Origin: Dehalococcoidia bacterium
GTDB taxonomy: Bacteria > Chloroflexota > Dehalococcoidia > Lucifugimonadales > UBA1127
DNA: 64,000 nt
Assembly (NCBI GenBank): GCA_965217675.1
Contig: OZ244559.1
Span: 2,756,355-2,820,354, forward strand
Direction of reading: 5' to 3'
Part shown: positions 60,001-64,000 of the stretch, piece by piece
How positions within the stretch are numbered: the first letter of the stretch is position 1
How the letters are laid out: the number at the start of each line of letters is the position of its first letter
Notes under the pieces: model-generated
What the model was told of the DNA's origin: nothing
Seen by the model: the letters and a program-made list of their open reading frames with translations, nothing else
The model's database searches: none
Translations under genes and position numbers: made by a program

Positions 60001-60601
60001 GTCGGGGGATGGCGCCTGAGAGTTCGTTGCTGCCCAGCTCCAAACGCGTGAGACTGGTCAGCTCTCCCAGTTCCCAGGGAATGACGCCTTCGAGGTCGTT
60101 TCCGTTGAGGTCCAGGGTTTCCAGCTTGGAGAGGCGTCCAATCTCCGGCGGAATGTCACCGCTCAATTGGTTCCCATGGAGGTTCAACGTTTGCAACTCT
60201 GTAAGAGAGGTCAATTCGACCGGAATCTCACCGGTAAGACTGTTGACGCGAAGACTCAACACGTGGAGCCCCGTCAGGGCACCCAATTCCGGCGGAATCC
60301 GGCCTGAGAGCAATCGGTTCTCCAGCCGAATCTCGACGACACGGAGCGGCGACCCTTCTACGAGGACCCCTTCCCATTGCTCGATGGGGAGGTTTGCCGC
60401 CCAGTTCAGTTGCACGTCGCCAGCCAGAGTGTCGCGGTATGTAAAGAGCGCCGAGCAGTCCTGGACCAGCAACGGGTTGTCTCCGGGGTTGGCTACGGCG
60501 CCGCTGTTGGCGCAGGAAAAGGACTGTGCTCCCAAATCGGTGGAGGAGATGCCACTGGCCAGGAGCGCCAGCAGGGCCAGCGCGGCAAGAGCCAGCTTCA
60601 C
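57038..60601 (-). CDS. Membrane-anchored LRR plus cadherin-like repeat surface protein
   Basis: Signal peptide; about 17 plant-type LRRs (G.IP); 7 repeats containing HDGS, most preceded by PVND.P; C-terminal TM; start approximate. Confidence 0.9.
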   Translation of the reverse strand: MKLALAALALLALLASGISSTDLGAQSFSCANSGAVANPGDNPLLVQDCSALFTYRDTLAGDVQLNWAANLPIEQWEGVLVEGSPLRVVEIRLENRLLSGRIPPELGALTGLHVLSLRVNSLTGEIPVELTSLTELQTLNLHGNQLSGDIPPEIGRLSKLETLDLNGNDLEGVIPWELGELTSLTRLELGSNELSGAIPRQIGYMESLTVLILSQNSLTGEIPPELEDLRNLESLALGFNELTGNIPPQLGNLRDLFTLSLQFNELTGGIPDTLERLSGLNGLHLRDNQLTGEIPTWISGLTRLQTLDLGDNQLTGAIPPALGSLPILRTLYLFNNDLSGTIPAELGNLTQLGDLHLEGNRFSGSLPEALGQLPNLQTLVLDDNSLTGEIPPAFAGLPALEWMSLKGNQLSGVIPSSLGMLPSLRGLDLGRNALNGIIPPALAGLTDLQFLRLNDNFLIGGVPAEFADLAKLEELDLSNNFLTGCMPWYLSRNLDLELTHDSLPECARPPPVVREGATIFIEVSDLLEDTELAYTTPSHIEVAVAVNGRVWLEGKRIAFKHDGSETFTASFTYTAQSGTVSITRVVPIDVTPVNDPPIAAADTAEVDEGEEVSVDASALLLNDIDFDNSELQVTWVGDATNGSVSLVGATITYVHDGSETIAGRFSYTVSDGVASDSAIVRVAVTPVNDAPVAAPDTVVVDEGASASIESSLLLLNDIDEEDDRLRVTEVGGAVNGAVALDGLTIVYTHDGSETAEGSFTYVVSDGRLDGAGVVRVTVAPVNDPPTAIPDRALVYEGDSVLLEAEALLRNDTDPDSDSLRIEAVSDAVNGTVTLDGATITYTHDGSETAEGSFTYSVSDGATHDTAIVRVAVSALNRPPVTAPDTAAVAEGGAVTMETATLLQNDVDAENDVLSVTSVGGAVNGVVSQDGATVTFEHDGSESNEARFEYAVSDGTDTVSQVVTIAVTPVNDPPVAVDDTFKVDEGGRVTIEPAVMLLNDSDADSDGLYVATVEGAVNGTVSLDGTAIVFAHDGSETTEGRFSYTVSDGAASGAGVAHIVVAPVNDPPVAAPDTVEVDAGTALSIEASTLLSNDADADSAALQIVAVGDAVNGTVQLMGTTVVFEHDGSDTTEGIFAYTVSDGAASDTAIVRVEVAQAGGFSNVIIIALVVGGGVLILLVLRFSLARP

Positions 60602-60740
60602 GGCCAGCGTGCCTGCTCTATGTCCAGGATGAAGACTATGCAAATGCAAATACCCCAGGGACAATTGTATACGGAAACTTAGGGACGGAATGCGTCGTCA
60701 TCACAGGATTGCAGGAACTTTGCTGCGCAGTGTCTCGAAA

Positions 60741-60849
60741 ACACGCTGCAGCTCGACTACGTGAGCTGCTCGCCCTACCGCGTGCCCGTCGGAGGCTAGC
60801 GACGGCCCCCGCGGCGCTCATTGCCGACGGGGCCGCCAGCGAGGGGTAA
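60741..60849 (+). repeat. Diverged duplicate of the ppdK 3' end (56778-56887)
   Basis: ACACGCTGC.GCT.GACTACGTGAGCTGCTCGCC.TACCGCGTGCCCGTCG...AGCGAGG.GTA(A/G); one 1-nt deletion. Confidence 0.9.
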
Positions 60850-60952
60850 CTCACGCGCCTGACACCCTCGAACGTCTCCGCTATACCGGCGCCGTTCAAT
60901 CGCGGAGGCGCCGCACGACGGAAGAGCCCAACCTCGTCCTCATCTTCACCGT

Positions 60953-60982
60953 TCGTAGGTTCGAGTCCTGCCCGGGGAGCCA
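60953..60982 (+). other. Isolated tRNA 3' fragment (Asn-like), att-site-like
   Basis: GTAGGTTCGAGTCCTGC (T-arm) plus CCGGGGAGCCA (acceptor strand and CCA); no 5' half upstream. Confidence 0.75.
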
Positions 60983-61008
60983 CCCCGTTTCAAGAGTAAC
61001 CGTCCTGC

Positions 61009-61068
61009 GATTTGTGTCTTTGCTATTCCGTGGCAGTGATTTGTGTCTTTGCTATTCCGTGGCAGTGA
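61009..61068. repeat. Exact 29-bp tandem duplication
   Basis: GATTTGTGTCTTTGCTATTCCGTGGCAGT twice. Confidence 0.9.
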
Positions 61069-61108
61069 GAAGCAAGTAGAATTGGCTCGGATGATGAGTG
61101 AGACTGTG

Positions 61109-61862
61109 ATGAGAGCGGCATGGTTAGCGCTGGCGTGCATGGCGGCGTTGCTCGCAGGCGTCTCTTGCAACGTCGGGAATGGGCCCGCTCAGGGGATATG
61201 ACGGGCAGGGCGCGCCGCTGCATTGGGCTGCGTTGTCCACGGAGTACGCTGCCTGCGCGGAGGGCAAGTAGCAGTCCCCCATCGACGTTGCGGGATACCT
61301 CAACAGCAGCGGCGCCGCGCCCATTTCGTTCGCATACAACACCGACGCCAAGGCTATCCGCAACGATGGCAGGTTTGTGCATGTTGACTATGCCGCGGGC
61401 AACACCCTGAGCGTGGGGCGAGCGCACGTACGAATTGAAGTCTGCCCACCTTCATTCACCCTCGGAGCATCTGATCGACGGTGAGAGCTTTGCGGCGGAA
61501 CTGCACCTGTCCATTCGGATGCTGACGGCAACCTGGCAGTGATTGGGATGGTGTTCAAGCAGGGCCCGCCAAGCCCAATAGTGCAGGAGATTCTGCACGC
61601 CGTACCGGATGCCGGTGAAGTCAGCGTCGACGGCTTCACGCTCAACGCCAAGGGCTACGCGCCGGACGATACCGGCCACTACCGATACGACGGCTCAAAG
61701 ACGACACCACCGTGCGATGAACCGGTTGATTGGTACGTGATGCACCGTCCCGAGACCATTGCCGCAGAGCAGGTTGCCTGCCTGTTGGCCCTGAGCGGCG
61801 GCGCCAACAATCGTCCTGTGCAGCCCTTGGGGAATCGCACGATAACAACCGTTCAGCGCTAG
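61109..61862 (+). pseudogene. Alpha-carbonic anhydrase pseudogene
   Basis: Signal peptide; GY.G..P.HW; K*QSPID with in-frame TAG; HLHSPSEH, ELHL, YDGS.TTPPC.E.V.W and NNRPVQP spread over several frames. Confidence 0.85.
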
Positions 61863-62055
61863 GATGCCCACATTTCCGCGTGCCCGGCTCTGGCTGTGCC
61901 GTTCCACCGTTCAGCCAACTCTTGAAACCGAGCGCATCCATTCCGCGGGGAAGCCGACGCGGAGCGGGACCTGCATGCGCCGCTGGCGAGCCGCCCGCAC
62001 TACGCCAGCGGAAGCCCTACTCCAAGTGCATGGCGAAGAGGCTGGCGGCCTGTCC

Positions 62056-62526
62056 CTAGCGCAGCACGAGGTCTCGCGCCTGGACGATGGCGCGGAGCTT
62101 GGCCTCCGCGGTGCGGGCTGAGGATACCGGGTTGTCGGCGAATGTGGCGAAGCCGCAGTCCGGCGTGAGGAGGACGCGCTCCTCGCCGAAGAGGTCCACC
62201 GCATGGGCGATGCTGCGGCCCACCTGTTCCACCGGCTCCACGGCGTCAAGCTTCTGGTTCACGACGCCCACCGCGATGCGCTTGTCGTCCGGGAGCGCCT
62301 TGAGGACGGCGGCCTCGCCGGCGCGGGGCGTCGAGAGCTCCAGAAACAGCACGCCCACGTCCGCCCGCGAGAGCGTGTCCACCAGCGGGGCGTAGTCGCC
62401 GGAGAGGGCGGCGGACTCGTCGGGCGTCCAGTTGCCGCGGCAGACGTGCAGGCCGAGGCGGCCCTTGGGCAGCCCGCGCACCACCATCCTCGCGGCGGGC
62501 ATCCGGGTCTTCGGCTGGTTCGTCAT
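62056..62526 (-). pseudogene. C-terminal fragment of cobalamin-independent methionine synthase II family
   Basis: LHVCRGN, LFLE, GVVNQK, PDCGF, EAKL; N-terminal half absent. Confidence 0.75.
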
Positions 62527-62616
62527 CGGCCTCTCAACGGGCTGGTCCGTCGAGGGCGAGCGGACGGACAGCGTCGCGGTGGGGGAGGTGGTGTAGGGGG
62601 AGCGGGCGTGGGACGG

Positions 62617-63297
62617 CTACAAGCCGAGCACAACCGCCAAGTCGAGGACGCTCTCCACGACATAGTCCGGCGGCCGCAGGTCCGCCGGAAACTGCCGCCC
62701 GCGCGAGACCCACGCCGTCCGCATGCCGAAGGCCCGTGCCCCGTCGATGTCGGTCACAGGGTTGTCGCCGACGAACATGACGTCGTCCGGCGACGCCAGC
62801 CCCAGCGCGGACATCGCGTCCTGGTAGATGCGAGGGTCCGGTTTCGCGTAGCCCTGCTCCTCCGAGACGATGATGAAGGACGTCAGCCCCTCCAGTCCCG
62901 TCGTCCTGCACTTGCTACGCTGGTTGCGGCCGTTGCCGTTGGTGACGATGCCCCACGGCATGCCGGTGCGGTTGAGCCGCGCGAGGAAGTCGTTGACCGC
63001 CGCGTCCGGCAAAGAGTGCCGAGCCATCACCTGCCGGTACCAGCCGTTGAACGCATCCAAGTTGAGGCCGGCTTCGGGCCACTCGGCCAGCCAGCGCTCC
63101 CGCATCTCCTGGCGGTCGGAGTACCCGTCGTCGTCCCACGTGACCATGAGGGCCACCGCCTCGTCGCGGCCCAGCGGCATCGAGGACGCAAGGAACTCCG
63201 CGTGAAAGTCCTCAGCAACACCCCGGAAGGCAGCCTCCCGGTCAAACAGCGTGTTGTCGAGGTCAAAGAGGATGGCTGTGGGTGTGGTTGTCATCAT
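62617..63297 (-). CDS. HAD-superfamily hydrolase
   Basis: FDLDNTL, VTNG, KPDPRIY, VGDN...DI.GA. Confidence 0.92.
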   Translation of the reverse strand: MMTTTPTAILFDLDNTLFDREAAFRGVAEDFHAEFLASSMPLGRDEAVALMVTWDDDGYSDRQEMRERWLAEWPEAGLNLDAFNGWYRQVMARHSLPDAAVNDFLARLNRTGMPWGIVTNGNGRNQRSKCRTTGLEGLTSFIIVSEEQGYAKPDPRIYQDAMSALGLASPDDVMFVGDNPVTDIDGARAFGMRTAWVSRGRQFPADLRPPDYVVESVLDLAVVLGL

Positions 63298-64000
63298 CTA
63301 ATGGGTTAGTATGCCTCTCAGTAGTTCGATGGACAACCAGGGGCTATGCCTGTGAATCATGCGATGACAGTTGGAGCATACTAAGGCAAGATCCGACAGT
63401 CTAGTTGTTGTCCCAGTGGGCGAGAGTTCAGACAAGGGTCTTGTGTGGTGGCATTCGATAAAGCCTTCGCCTCTCTCACCATAGGCCTCCGCGAAGTCAA
63501 ACTCGCATACTTCGCAGGTAAGCTTGCCAGTTGCTTTGCGCACTTCTTGCTTCTTACGATCAACTAGCTTTGAGTTTCGCTCCCTTTGATGGTGCAACCT
63601 AGTGAGAACCCTGCCTTCTTGCCCTTCTTCCGAATCACTCATCAGGTCACCCGAATCAGGAAGTGACTCTTGTGAGAAAACCGTCTCACGAATCGACTTC
63701 GCTAGACTGCGTAGTGACTCTAAGTTGGTCGAGAACTTCTTAAACACAAATTCATCAAGTCTGCTGTAGCTGCCTAATCCCTGTCCCGGGTGTTCGGGGT
63801 CAATCGAACGGAAATTCATTAGTTTCATGTAAATGCCATTGGGGTTCCGGAACGTTGGCAGCTTTTCGCCACCGAGCCGTTCCCACATTGAATTCAGTAG
63901 TTGGCTTAGCTCGAGAATCTCGTGGGATCCCTTGGAAGGAAAGGGTTGAGAGATAGGCCGAGCGTTTGAGAGGTAGAAGTCCAGGGTAACGAGGAGTTCA
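63298..64000 (-). CDS. HNH endonuclease (McrA-like), 5'-partial
   Basis: RNPNGIYMKLMNF; EG...H..RERN; CEVC; IECHH; LVCSNCHRMIH; lower GC; frame open to the window edge. Confidence 0.88.
   Translation of the reverse strand, partial: ELLVTLDFYLSNARPISQPFPSKGSHEILELSQLLNSMWERLGGEKLPTFRNPNGIYMKLMNFRSIDPEHPGQGLGSYSRLDEFVFKKFSTNLESLRSLAKSIRETVFSQESLPDSGDLMSDSEEGQEGRVLTRLHHQRERNSKLVDRKKQEVRKATGKLTCEVCEFDFAEAYGERGEGFIECHHTRPLSELSPTGTTTRLSDLALVCSNCHRMIHRHSPWLSIELLRGILTH

Noticed and set aside
61009-61068. 29-bp repeat as CRISPR
   Set aside because: The two copies are directly adjacent with no spacer; this is a simple tandem duplication.
61268-61270. In-frame TAG in carbonic anhydrase as pyrrolysine or read-through
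   Set aside because: The same gene also has frameshifts, and CAG-to-TAG is a simple nonsense change.

Overview
High-GC bacterial chromosome segment, most consistent with Chloroflexota/Dehalococcoidia (SAR202-like: luciferase-like monooxygenase, Rieske, SDR, PrpD and acyl-CoA-dehydrogenase-type genes). Two plant-type LRR surface proteins suggest a host-associated organism such as a sponge symbiont; both lineage and host are inferences. Core genes include mutY, tRNA-Lys, tRNA-Leu, glcDEF, purL, ybeY-dnaX-ybaB-recR, recO, recF and ppdK. They are interspersed with single, visibly lower-GC nuclease, methylase and toxin-antitoxin genes and with several families of short palindromic repeats. The strongest unexplained signal is a dispersed element in three copies (about 5.4, 27 and 36.6 kb). 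Each copy has CCCTGACACC exactly 52 nt before a leaderless-type ATG, a variable ORF, a 33-bp palindrome (TTTGTAGCTG-N13-CAGCTACAAA) and further half-sites at a 34-35 bp period. Each copy lies at one end of a same-polarity REP mosaic that brackets accessory genes. Other highlights: a Rieske oxygenase lacking its catalytic iron ligands, a methyltransferase-HNH fusion, an LRR-cadherin gene flanked by a duplicated ppdK 3' end and a tRNA 3' fragment, and repeat copies embedded in glcE. All calls were made by eye from motifs; no database searches were run.
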